A DNA stretch of 64,000 nucleotides from contig OZ223209.1 in assembly GCA_965140415.1 (NCBI GenBank), positions 1,440,001-1,504,000 on the forward strand, in the 5' to 3' direction. The DNA is from Myxococcota bacterium. Lineage in GTDB: Bacteria; Myxococcota_A; SURF-8. This document shows, piece after piece, positions 10,432 through 19,401 of this stretch; the stretch's first letter is position 1; each line of letters opens with the position of its first letter. Made by a program: the position numbers and the translations under genes. Below the pieces are notes generated by a model. That model saw only the letters and a program-made list of their open reading frames with translations, did not search any database and was not told the DNA's origin.

Positions 10432-11640
10432 ATGTCCGAAGTCAAGACACCTTTACTTGATGAACTCGAGAAAGGGCCATGGCCGAGCTTTGTGACGGAG
10501 ATCAAGCGCGCGGCGAAAGTCAAGCCGATGTGTGCCGATCTGCTCGTGCAGCTCGAACAGTCCTATGTCGACAAGATCGGTCACTGGAAGCATGGCGGCA
10601 TCGTCGGCGTGCGCAGTTACGGTGGCGGCGTTATCGGTCGTTATTCCGATATGCCGGAACAAGTGCCGGCTCTGGCGCATTTCCACACGCTGCGTGTCAA
10701 CCAGCCCGCCGGTTGGTTCTACACCACTAAATCCTTGCGCACCATCTGCGACATCTGGGACAAGCATGGTTCCGGTCTGACCAACATGCATGGTTCCACC
10801 GGTGACATCATCCTGCTGGGTACCACCACGGATGAATTGCAGCCGACCTTCAACGCACTGTCCGACGCCGGATTCGATCTGGGTGGTTCGGGTTCTGCGT
10901 TGCGTACGCCGAGTTGCTGCAACGGCCAGGCTCGTTGCGAATGGGCCTGCTTCGACACCATGGCTCTGTGTGACGATCTGACCCAGACCTATCAGGACGA
11001 ACTGCATCGTCCGATGTGGCCGTACAAATTCAAATTCAAAATTTCCGGTTGCCCGAATGATTGTGTCGCTTCCATCGCGCGTTCCGACCTTTCCTTCATC
11101 GGTACCTGGAAGGACGACATCCAGATCAACGACGCCGAAGTCGCCAACTATGCCGACGCCGGCATGGATATCATGGAAGAAGTCGTCTTCATGTGCCCGA
11201 CCAAGTGCATGCGCTACGACGCCGCCGGCAAGAAGCTGACCGTCAAAAACAGTGAATGCACCCGCTGCATGCATTGCATCAACGTCATGCCCAAAGCCTT
11301 GGCTCCGGGTAAAGAAAAAGGCGTTACCCTGCTTATCGGCGCCAAAGCTCCGATCGTTGAAGGCGCGATGCTCGGTCACGTGCTGGTTCCCTTCATGAAA
11401 CTGGAGCCGCCCTATGATGATCTCAAAGAACTGATCGAGAAAATCTGGGATTGGTGGGATGAAAACGGCAAGATGCGTGAGCGTGTCGGCGAATTGATCG
11501 AACGCTTGGGTATGGCTTCGTTGTTGGATGCCATCGACCTTGAGCCTTGTGTCCAAATGGTCAAGCATCCGCGTGACAATCCTTATTTCTTCTGGGATAA
11601 GGAAACGATCGACGAAATCAAAGCGAAAAAGAAGAATTAA
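10432..11640 (+). CDS. dsrA: Dissimilatory sulfite reductase alpha subunit
   Basis: [28 protein letters not shown]5C (CNGQARC) and CX3C (CPNDC) siroheme-[4Fe-4S] motif, CTRCMHC ferredoxin; AAGGAGG RBS before ATG 10432. Confidence 0.98.
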   Translation: MSEVKTPLLDELEKGPWPSFVTEIKRAAKVKPMCADLLVQLEQSYVDKIGHWKHGGIVGVRSYGGGVIGRYSDMPEQVPALAHFHTLRVNQPAGWFYTTKSLRTICDIWDKHGSGLTNMHGSTGDIILLGTTTDELQPTFNALSDAGFDLGGSGSALRTPSCCNGQARCEWACFDTMALCDDLTQTYQDELHRPMWPYKFKFKISGCPNDCVASIARSDLSFIGTWKDDIQINDAEVANYADAGMDIMEEVVFMCPTKCMRYDAAGKKLTVKNSECTRCMHCINVMPKALAPGKEKGVTLLIGAKAPIVEGAMLGHVLVPFMKLEPPYDDLKELIEKIWDWWDENGKMRERVGELIERLGMASLLDAIDLEPCVQMVKHPRDNPYFFWDKETIDEIKAKKKN

Positions 11641-11697
11641 TCGAGCGGATGTCCATTGTGAACGTTCGGCTTAACTAGCAATAGTAAGGAGATAACG

Positions 11698-12771
11698 ATG
11701 GGTGAAGCGTATTACGCTAAGACTGACATTGGGCCACCAAATTATAAACAATTTCTGCCGCCCGTCATTCAGAAGAACTACGGGAAGTGGACCTATCACG
11801 AGATCCTGAAACCGGGTGTGATGGTGCACGTTTCCGAAACCGGCGACAAAATCTGGACAGTCCGCCAGGGCTCCGGTCGTTTGATCGCGACGGAAAGTAT
11901 CCGCGAATACTGTGAACTCGCGGACAAATACTGCGACGGCTACCTGCGATTCACTAGCCGCCACAACGTCGAATACCTTGTTTCCGACGAGAATCAGATC
12001 GAACCGCTGATCAAGGATCTGGAATCCCGCAATCTGCCGGTCGGTGGAACTGGAAACGGCATTACCAGCATCGTGCATACGCAGGGCTGGGTACATTGCC
12101 ATACTCCCGCTACCGATGCCAGCGGCCCGGTCAAGGCCGTCATGGATGAACTGTACGAACATTTCGTCAGCATGAAGCTGCCGGGCAAACTGCGCATCGC
12201 GTTGGCCTGCTGCTTGAACATGTGCGGCGCCGTGCATTGTTCCGATATCGCTATTCTGGGTATCCACCGCCTGCCGCCGCACATCGACGACAAAGGCGTG
12301 CACCAGTCTTGCGAAGTTCCCAACGTCATCGCTGCCTGCCCGACCAAGGCTATCAAGCCCAATCCCAAGGCTCAGAGCGTGACGGTGAACGAAGAGAAGT
12401 GCATGTACTGTGGTAACTGCTACACCATGTGCCCTGGTATGCCGCTGGCCGATCCTGACGGCGATGGCATCTCCATTTGGGTCGGTGGTAAAGTCAGCAA
12501 CGCCCGCAGTGGCCCGACCTTCTCGAAACTGGCGATTCCCTACATCCCCAACAATCCGCCGCGTTGGCCCGAGACTGTTGCGGCCATCAAGAAGATCGTG
12601 GATTGCTACGCCGCCGGTGCCAAGAAGCACGAGCGCGTGGGTGAGTGGATCGATCGGATCGGCTGGGAGAACTTCTTCAAGCAGACCGGATTCACCTTTA
12701 CCAAGCAGCACATCGATGACTTCAAGCATGCCCAACTGAGCATGCGCACCACGTCGCAGTTCCGCTGGTAA
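11698..12771 (+). CDS. dsrB: Dissimilatory sulfite reductase beta subunit
   Basis: [48 protein letters not shown]. Confidence 0.98.
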   Translation: MGEAYYAKTDIGPPNYKQFLPPVIQKNYGKWTYHEILKPGVMVHVSETGDKIWTVRQGSGRLIATESIREYCELADKYCDGYLRFTSRHNVEYLVSDENQIEPLIKDLESRNLPVGGTGNGITSIVHTQGWVHCHTPATDASGPVKAVMDELYEHFVSMKLPGKLRIALACCLNMCGAVHCSDIAILGIHRLPPHIDDKGVHQSCEVPNVIAACPTKAIKPNPKAQSVTVNEEKCMYCGNCYTMCPGMPLADPDGDGISIWVGGKVSNARSGPTFSKLAIPYIPNNPPRWPETVAAIKKIVDCYAAGAKKHERVGEWIDRIGWENFFKQTGFTFTKQHIDDFKHAQLSMRTTSQFRW

Positions 12772-12909
12772 TCCATGACCCGATTTAGGGCCAATGTGAT
12801 TTGATTGAACGATATCCGGCCTCTTCCGCCTGTTTGGAATGGTGGAGGAGGCCGGTGTCGCTTTAACTCGCTGTTCGATATGGCTTGCGCCGAGAGCAAA
12901 GGGTCTTAG

Positions 12910-14316
12910 ATGAAGCTGTCCTTACCCCGCATCATGGTAGCTGGTGCTTGTGGTGATGGGGGGAAAACAATGGTGGCATTGGGACTGACCGCCGCGTTTA
13001 CGCGACGCGGTCGCCGGGTCGCCGTGTTTAAAAAAGGTCCGGACTACATCGATGCGGCCTGGCTGGGGCGTGCCGGTGAAGGCGAGTGTGGCAACCTGGA
13101 CACCTACCTGATGCCTCGCGACGTATTGCTGCAAGCGTTTGCGGAACGTGGCAATGGGGCGGATCTAGCTATTGTCGAGGCGAATCGTGGTGTTCACGAT
13201 GGTTCCGATGCTTCCGGGGCTCACAGTTCGGCAGAACTGGCCAAGTTGTTGAAGATGCCGGTGGTATTGGTGCTCGACGCTACGAAAACAACGCGAACGC
13301 TGGGTGCAATCGCACTGGGTATCAAGAGTCTCGATCCGGCAACGACTTTTGCCGGGGTGGTGCTCAATCGCGTGGCGGGAGAACGTCACGCCCGTGTGGC
13401 CAGCAAGGCGATCGAAGAGATCGCAGGGCTGGCCGTGCTGGGGAGCATCCCCAAACTGGCTGATGCGCGCCGTATTCCAGGGCGTCACCTTGGGCTGTTG
13501 CCCATTCATGAATATGACGATCTGGAGGGGGCTTTGGCCTATGCTGCCGATGTGATGGAACGACATGTCGATCTGGATCGCATCGAGCAATTGGCGGGTG
13601 AGACAGAGAATCTTTCCGTTCCTGAGTGCGAAATGGTTTCCGTTTCGGAAGAGCCGGTGAGGATCGGCGTGTTGCGTGATGGGGCGTTCTCCTTTTATTA
13701 TCCGGAAAATCTGGAGGCGCTGGAAAAAAACGGAGCGACGTTAATAGCGGTAGATTCCGTTTCTGATCGCAGACTTCCGCAACTGGATGCGTTGTATATC
13801 GGTGGTGGTTTTCCTGAAACCCATGCCGAGCGCTTGACAGGCAATAGTGATTTGAGGTATTCCATTTCCGTGGAAGCCGCCAAGGGTCTCCCGATTTACG
13901 CGGAATGCGGCGGCTTGATGTACCTGGCCGAATCGATTGAATGGCAGGGTAAGCAATACCCGATGTGTGGCGTTCTTCCGATTCAAGTGGCAATGCATAC
14001 AAAGCCGAAAGGCCACGGATACGCTGATTTCACGGTCGACCGTGACAATCCGTTCTTTGATGTCGGTCAATCCTTGAAGGGCCATGAATTCCACTACTCG
14101 CAGATCGTTGATTCCGAACCGTTGGATGTAAACACGGCCTTTGCTCTATCGCGCGGCAGTGGAATCGGAAAAGGGCGCGATGGAATATTGCGCTATAACA
14201 CCTTGGCGTGTTATACGCATGTACACGCACTGACCTCGCCGCTATGGGCGAAGGGGTTGGTCAAGGCTGCACGACGTTATGCGAACGAGCGAAGCGTGCA
14301 AGGGTTGGCGAGCTGA
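12910..14316 (+). CDS. dsrN: Siroheme amidase DsrN (cobyrinate a,c-diamide synthase family)
   Basis: GGKT, KKGPDYID, RHLGL, FYYPEN, AECGGLMYL, GHEFHYS; position directly after dsrAB. Confidence 0.9.
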   Translation: MKLSLPRIMVAGACGDGGKTMVALGLTAAFTRRGRRVAVFKKGPDYIDAAWLGRAGEGECGNLDTYLMPRDVLLQAFAERGNGADLAIVEANRGVHDGSDASGAHSSAELAKLLKMPVVLVLDATKTTRTLGAIALGIKSLDPATTFAGVVLNRVAGERHARVASKAIEEIAGLAVLGSIPKLADARRIPGRHLGLLPIHEYDDLEGALAYAADVMERHVDLDRIEQLAGETENLSVPECEMVSVSEEPVRIGVLRDGAFSFYYPENLEALEKNGATLIAVDSVSDRRLPQLDALYIGGGFPETHAERLTGNSDLRYSISVEAAKGLPIYAECGGLMYLAESIEWQGKQYPMCGVLPIQVAMHTKPKGHGYADFTVDRDNPFFDVGQSLKGHEFHYSQIVDSEPLDVNTAFALSRGSGIGKGRDGILRYNTLACYTHVHALTSPLWAKGLVKAARRYANERSVQGLAS

Positions 14317-14353
14317 ATTTATAAGTAGTGTGACGACTAGAGAGAAGGAAAAC

Positions 14354-14902
14354 GTGAGCGAAGAAAAGAAATCAAGTATTCGAAGTCTCTTCAATCCTGC
14401 GGAAGGTTCGTGGGATGATATCGTGGGACGTCATTTGGAATACCTGGAATTCTACCCGAAGTCAGCAGTGGCTTTTTACAATCTGGGGTTTGCCTTCGCT
14501 CAGCGTGATCAGGTCGGAAACGCGGAGGTCGCATTCAATAAAGCGCTGGAATTGAATCCTGACATGGTCGAGGCGCAAGTCAATCTCGGTGGTCTGGCTT
14601 TCGGTAAAGGCGACTGGGATGAGTGCATACGATACAACAATTTAGTCTTAGTAAAGAAGCCTGGATTCCCGCAGGCCCGCACCAATATTGCTTATGCGAT
14701 GTTCATGAAGGGTGAGAACGAGGCGGCGGAAAAAGAATTTCTGGCTTTGGAGAAGGAGCGTCCGAAGGACGGTTCCATACAATATGGTTTGGCTGTTTTA
14801 TATGATTCCCTTGACAATCGGGAATTATCCCGTAAATATTTTGAGCGCGCCGTGCAACTGGGTTACCCCGTAACCAAAGAGTTTGCGGCAAAATTCAAAT
14901 AG
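14354..14902 (+). CDS. Tetratricopeptide-repeat protein
   Basis: AFYNLG..., ALELNPDMVEAQVNLG TPR motifs; GTG start after GAAGGA RBS. Confidence 0.8.
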   Translation: MSEEKKSSIRSLFNPAEGSWDDIVGRHLEYLEFYPKSAVAFYNLGFAFAQRDQVGNAEVAFNKALELNPDMVEAQVNLGGLAFGKGDWDECIRYNNLVLVKKPGFPQARTNIAYAMFMKGENEAAEKEFLALEKERPKDGSIQYGLAVLYDSLDNRELSRKYFERAVQLGYPVTKEFAAKFK

Positions 14903-15011
14903 CGAAGGTTCTTTGTTCGAGAGTAGAACTTTGTTTCGGGTTATCTGCCCGTAGGTTTCGCTTCGGCGAGTACCGAATGTGTACGTAAACTGTCATGACT
15001 AGGAGGAAGAA

Positions 15012-15329
15012 ATGCCAATCTTCGAATCGGGAAACATTCAGGTGGAAGTTGACGAAGACGGATTCTGCGTCAATCCAGACGATTGGAACGAAGAGATTGC
15101 CGTGGAATTGGCCAAAACCGAAGATATCCATGAGCTGTCCGAGATGCATTGGAAAATGCTGCATTATCTGCGCGACTACTACAAGAAATTCGGTGTTGCT
15201 CCGATGATCCGCAAGCTCTGCAAAGAGACCGGCATGCCGCTGAAGGAAGTCTATGAACTGTTCCCCAGTGGTCCGGCCAAAGGCGCCTGTAAACTGGCGG
15301 GTCTGCCCAAGCCGACCGGTTGCGTCTAA
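15012..15329 (+). CDS. dsrC: DsrC sulfur-carrier protein
   Basis: 105 aa; VDEDGF, LFPSGP, C-terminal CX10C (CKLAGLPKPTGCV) with both conserved cysteines. Confidence 0.96.
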   Translation: MPIFESGNIQVEVDEDGFCVNPDDWNEEIAVELAKTEDIHELSEMHWKMLHYLRDYYKKFGVAPMIRKLCKETGMPLKEVYELFPSGPAKGACKLAGLPKPTGCV

Positions 15330-15353
15330 TCCGTTAGAACGCATGAACGATGA

Positions 15354-15394
15354 AACGGACCGCACTTCCCGAAAAGGGGTGCGGTCTGTTTTTT
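15354..15394 (+). terminator. Intrinsic terminator after dsrC
   Basis: AACGGACCGCAC...GTGCGGTCTGTT followed by a T-run. Confidence 0.8.
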
Positions 15395-15475
15395 ATGTGT
15401 TCGTTTGAAGAGATCGTGAAATTGAAATCAAAATTGAAGATTTAAAAGTGGCTTTGATCTCTCGGAAAGGGTTGG

Positions 15476-15733
15476 ATGACGATGAAATGGTTTGTTGTTT
15501 CCATAATGATGGTTCTTTCATTCACTATTGCTTGTAGTGAAGGCAACGACGAGCCGGGTGGACAACCCGGAGACTTTTGCGGCACCAAAGACGATTGCAG
15601 TGGCGATCTGATTTGCTGGGATTTCGTTTGCACTGAAGAAGACAGTATTGATGGCGATGGTACTACCGCTATCGGTGATGAGGATGTCGTTGTGGATGGT
15701 GACGACATGGAAGCGGCGAGTGAAAACGGATAA
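15476..15733 (+). CDS. Small lipoprotein with Cys-rich module and acidic DGD tail
   Basis: Signal peptide with TIA-C lipobox; C-x5-C-x5-C-x4-C; Asp-rich C-terminus. Confidence 0.65.
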   Translation: MTMKWFVVSIMMVLSFTIACSEGNDEPGGQPGDFCGTKDDCSGDLICWDFVCTEEDSIDGDGTTAIGDEDVVVDGDDMEAASENG

Positions 15734-16009
15734 TAAGACGAAGCGACAATTTTTGCGGTCCCGTTTTTGTGAACATACCGGTTTCTTCTTGCATTCAATC
15801 CCTGTTTCTATATATGCTAGGCTCGGTTAGAGATCGCAGACGGTTTGCCGTTGCGAAAATGCCGCGTGCGCCACGCTTGCACGTAAGAAAAAGCACATTG
15901 CAGCGCCGTAGTAGTATTTGCTATGCGGCGATTGGTAGGAGAACACCGGCGCGGGGATGGGGCGCAGTCGGTGCAGTTGGTCGTGACCCTGATCCGCAAG
16001 GAGACGCTT

Positions 16010-17146
16010 ATGCAAGATGGCTGGTTTGATGGCAGCGATGGAACCCGGTTGTATTATCGTGTGGAAGGGGAGGGGCTTCCTCTTATTCTGAACGATGGTA
16101 TCGGATGCGATGGGTTTATCTGGAAGTATCTGAAGCCGTATCTACTTGAAAAATTTCAAATCGTGCATTGGCATTACAAAGGTCATGGTCGCTCGGACAT
16201 GCCGCGCAGCATGGAGCATCTGTCCATTCCGGATTCCTGCCGCGATTTAAACATTCTGTGCGAAAAACTCGATTTACCTCCAGCGGTGATTATCGGTCAC
16301 AGTATGGGTGTCCAGGTGGTATTTGAATTCTGGCATATGTTCCCAGAGCGTGTTTGTGGGTTGGTGCCGATTTGCGGCAGCTATGGAAAACCGCTGGACA
16401 CGTTTCATGATAATCTGATGCTTAAGACGGTTTTTCCTTATGCATATAAGCTTATGAAAAAGCAACCCGGTATCAGCCAGCAGTTGTGGTCCTTGATTAC
16501 CGATTCGGAGTTGGCCTACAAAATAGCCACTACCTTCGAAGTCGATGGCCGCATGATGAACCGCGACGACTTCAAACCCTATTTCCAGCATATCGCCAGT
16601 ATGGACATCAAGTTGTTCATGTCGATGTTGTCCCAGGCGCAGGAGCACGACGGAAAACCCTATCTGGGTGAGATCGACGTGCCGGTGCTGATTGTGGGAG
16701 GCGAAAAGGATACGTTTACGCCGGTATGGTTGAGCAACGAAATGAAGGCAACCATTCCAGGAGCCGAATTGCTGATGATTCAGAACGGTAGTCACGCTGC
16801 GCCCATCGAACAGCCTGAACTGGTGAATCTGCGCGTTGAAAAGTTTTTGATCGATCGTGTCCTTCCTGCTGCTTTACCCGCCAAACCGGAAAAAGAAAGC
16901 AAGTCGGAAAGCAAGACTTCTTCCAAGCCCAAAAAAGCGGCTGCGAAAAAGAAAGCGCCAGCAAAGAAGAAGGCTGTGCCCTCTGAAAAAACTGCTGTAA
17001 AAAAGGCGAGCGCAAAAAAGACGACGAAAAAGAAAGCTCCTGCAAAAAAGAAAGCGGCAGCAGCCGTGGAATCTCCAGAGGTTCCAGCTGAAGTTGTGGC
17101 TGCCGAAGCAAACTCGCCACAATCCGACGAGAAGGCGGCTTCCTGA
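16010..17146 (+). CDS. Alpha/beta hydrolase with Lys/Ala/Pro-rich histone H1-like tail
   Basis: KGHGRS, GHSMG nucleophile elbow, GEKD, GSH; tail KKAAAKKKAPAKKK; AAGGAG RBS. Confidence 0.85.
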   Translation: MQDGWFDGSDGTRLYYRVEGEGLPLILNDGIGCDGFIWKYLKPYLLEKFQIVHWHYKGHGRSDMPRSMEHLSIPDSCRDLNILCEKLDLPPAVIIGHSMGVQVVFEFWHMFPERVCGLVPICGSYGKPLDTFHDNLMLKTVFPYAYKLMKKQPGISQQLWSLITDSELAYKIATTFEVDGRMMNRDDFKPYFQHIASMDIKLFMSMLSQAQEHDGKPYLGEIDVPVLIVGGEKDTFTPVWLSNEMKATIPGAELLMIQNGSHAAPIEQPELVNLRVEKFLIDRVLPAALPAKPEKESKSESKTSSKPKKAAAKKKAPAKKKAVPSEKTAVKKASAKKTTKKKAPAKKKAAAAVESPEVPAEVVAAEANSPQSDEKAAS

Positions 17147-17255
17147 TCATTTTCCTAGTAATCGGGAAAGAATATGTTAATCTTCGGGGCGCATCTGGGA
17201 TGCGATACCCCAGTTGTTTTGATTAATCCTTAAGGGAATAGAATAGGAATCGATT

Positions 17256-18314
17256 ATGGCTGTTACCGAGCAACAAATCATTCAAGCACTGTCCACCGTC
17301 AACGATCCCGAAATCAAGCGGGATCTGGTAAGTCTGGGCATGATCAAGGACATCAAGGTTGAAGACGGAGCGGTGTCGTTCCAGGTCGAGTTGACCACCC
17401 CTGCCTGTCCGCTGAAGAATACCATTCGCGAGGACTGCGAAAAGGCGGTTAAAGCGGTTGAAGGCGTCACGGATGTAACCATCGAATTCGGTGCGAAAGT
17501 ACGTCACAATGTCGCCAGTACCGATGATAACCTGATTCCGGGTGTGAAGAACGTCATTCTCGTCGGATCGGGTAAAGGTGGTGTGGGTAAATCCACCGTC
17601 GCATTGAATCTGGCCTGTGCATTGGTGAAGCAGGGTGCGAGCGTTGGCTTGATGGACGCCGATGTCTACGGTCCTTCTATCCCGACCATGTTGAACGCCG
17701 TTCATGCGCGTCCCACAATGGATCACAACCGCGAAAAGATCTTCCCATTGGAAATCGAGGGCCTGAAAGTCATGTCGGTCGGTTTCATGATGGAAGCCAA
17801 TACCCCGGTCATCTGGCGTGGTCCGATGCTTTCCAGCCTGATTACCCAGTTTTTATCCGATGTGGCGTGGGGCGAGTTGGATTATATGGTGGTTGATCTT
17901 CCTCCGGGCACCGGCGATGTGCAACTAACTTTTGCACAGAAAATCAAGGCTACCGGGGCCGTGTTGGTTACAACTCCTCAGAACGTGGCTCTTTCCGATG
18001 TGTACCGCGCGAAGTACATGTTCGATAAGGTCGAAGTTCCGGTGCTGGGCTTGATCGAGAACATGAGTACCTTTATTTGTCCCGATTGCGGCAAAGCACA
18101 CGAGATTTTCCGCAGCGGTGGCGGTGAGCGCGCCAGCCAGGATCTGGGAATTCGCTTGTTTGGCAAGATTCCTATCGATCCGGAGATCAGCCAGGGCGGT
18201 GATGCCGGTAAGCCGGCAGTGTTGGCACATCCCGACAGTGCCTATGCCAAGACCTTTATTGAAGTGGCACAACTGATTGCCAGCAAGCTTTGTTCGGATA
18301 CGCTAAACGCCTGA
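17256..18314 (+). CDS. apbC: Mrp/NBP35 family Fe-S cluster carrier
   Basis: N-terminal DPE...LTTPACP domain, GKGGVGKST, DADVYGPS, WRGPM, DLPPGTGD, ENMS..CPDC. Confidence 0.95.
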   Translation: MAVTEQQIIQALSTVNDPEIKRDLVSLGMIKDIKVEDGAVSFQVELTTPACPLKNTIREDCEKAVKAVEGVTDVTIEFGAKVRHNVASTDDNLIPGVKNVILVGSGKGGVGKSTVALNLACALVKQGASVGLMDADVYGPSIPTMLNAVHARPTMDHNREKIFPLEIEGLKVMSVGFMMEANTPVIWRGPMLSSLITQFLSDVAWGELDYMVVDLPPGTGDVQLTFAQKIKATGAVLVTTPQNVALSDVYRAKYMFDKVEVPVLGLIENMSTFICPDCGKAHEIFRSGGGERASQDLGIRLFGKIPIDPEISQGGDAGKPAVLAHPDSAYAKTFIEVAQLIASKLCSDTLNA

Positions 18315-18349
18315 TCCGTTAGCAGCACAGTAAAATTGGTCAGCAAATT

Positions 18350-18390
18350 ACTCCTCCGGCCAGATACAGGTCGGGGGAGTTTTCTTTTTA
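18350..18390 (+). terminator. Intrinsic terminator after apbC
   Basis: ACTCCTCCGGCC...GGTCGGGGGAGT followed by TTTCTTTTT. Confidence 0.7.
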
Positions 18391-18657
18391 TAATGTATAG
18401 ACCGGGTTACTCGATTTGATTTCAGGTCTTGGGTGCTGTGGACCAGCGAAGGATCTTGTGCAAATAGTATGAGATTCACCGTTTTTACCTCTGAATAATG
18501 GTATTGCCCGGTCATAAGGATCAAATGAAAATTAGGATGGAGTCAGTACAGTCAGGTAGAAATTACCGCTTTTTAGCTATTCAAAATTACATATAGTTCG
18601 TGAGTTAACATATATTTAATATCTCTATATCATTAATATTATTAGCGTCTTAGGTGA

Positions 18658-18718
18658 GTGACAAAAAACGTCACTGACGATTAAGGGACTATTAACAGGG
18701 TGTCAAACTTTGTCACCC
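18658..18718 (+). promoter_or_regulatory. Two palindromic upstream activator sites (candidate PilR-type enhancer)
   Basis: GTGAC-N7-GTCAC at 18658-18674 and GGGTGTCA-AACTT-TGTCACCC at 18698-18718, about 100-150 nt upstream of a sigma54 promoter. Confidence 0.6.
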
Positions 18719-18812
18719 CCGAAATTTCAGAATTGGACAGAGTATGTCCGGTATCCTGGAATTGTGATGTGTTTTTGAACAGATAAAAAAAACAAAAAGA
18801 AAAATTGCAATT

Positions 18813-18828
18813 TGGCACAGCCCTTGCT
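18813..18828 (+). promoter_or_regulatory. Sigma54 -24/-12 promoter of pilA
   Basis: TGGCAC-AGCCC-TTGCT with exact GG-N10-GC spacing. Confidence 0.85.
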
Positions 18829-18884
18829 TATTAACCTGACCATTGAAAGTTTAGTCGTTTTTTTAATTCCGTTAGGAGGGTGAG

Positions 18885-19262
18885 ATGAAAAAAGGTTTTA
18901 CGTTGATTGAGTTGATGATCGTTGTCGCCATTATCGGTATCTTGGCTGCCGTCGCTATCCCGGCTTATTCCGAGTATGTGAAGAAGAGCCGCGAAGCTGA
19001 AGCCGTCAACGCCCTGGGCGACATCCGCACCGCGCAGATTGCTTACAACGAGGATCCGGCTGCGGGTAATGGCTCTTATGCTAGTGACATTGCTGCTCTG
19101 GGTTGGAAGCTGGACAAAACCGGTACCCTCGGCAATCCGCCTGCTAACTACGGCTACGCCACCAACAGCACCGCCTGGAGCCAGGCTATCGCTGGCCAGC
19201 CCTCCAAGGTCGTCCATGGAACCATCGAGTTGACTCGCACCGGAACGCTGGAGTACAAGTAA
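18885..19262 (+). CDS. pilA: Type IVa major pilin
   Basis: [26 protein letters not shown] prepilin leader; own promoter, AGGAGG RBS and terminator. Confidence 0.93.
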   Translation: MKKGFTLIELMIVVAIIGILAAVAIPAYSEYVKKSREAEAVNALGDIRTAQIAYNEDPAAGNGSYASDIAALGWKLDKTGTLGNPPANYGYATNSTAWSQAIAGQPSKVVHGTIELTRTGTLEYK

Positions 19263-19285
19263 TCAATCACAAATTTTGTGATCGG

Positions 19286-19316
19286 AATCCCCGCCTTCGG
19301 GCGGGGATTTTTTTTT
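19286..19316 (+). terminator. Strong intrinsic terminator after pilA
   Basis: AATCCCCGCC-TTCG-GGCGGGGATT followed by a T-run. Confidence 0.9.
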
Positions 19317-19401
19317 GCTTAAATCTTGCCGAAAAAGCCTTGACAGTCAAGCGGTGGAAATTATCTTATAATCGTTGATTGTTTTTATAAGGGAGTTTTG
19401 C

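Noticed and set aside
10453-12735. Long antisense ORFs (371 and 354 aa) opposite dsrA and dsrB
   Set aside because: Shadow ORFs from strong codon bias of the sense genes; no protein motifs
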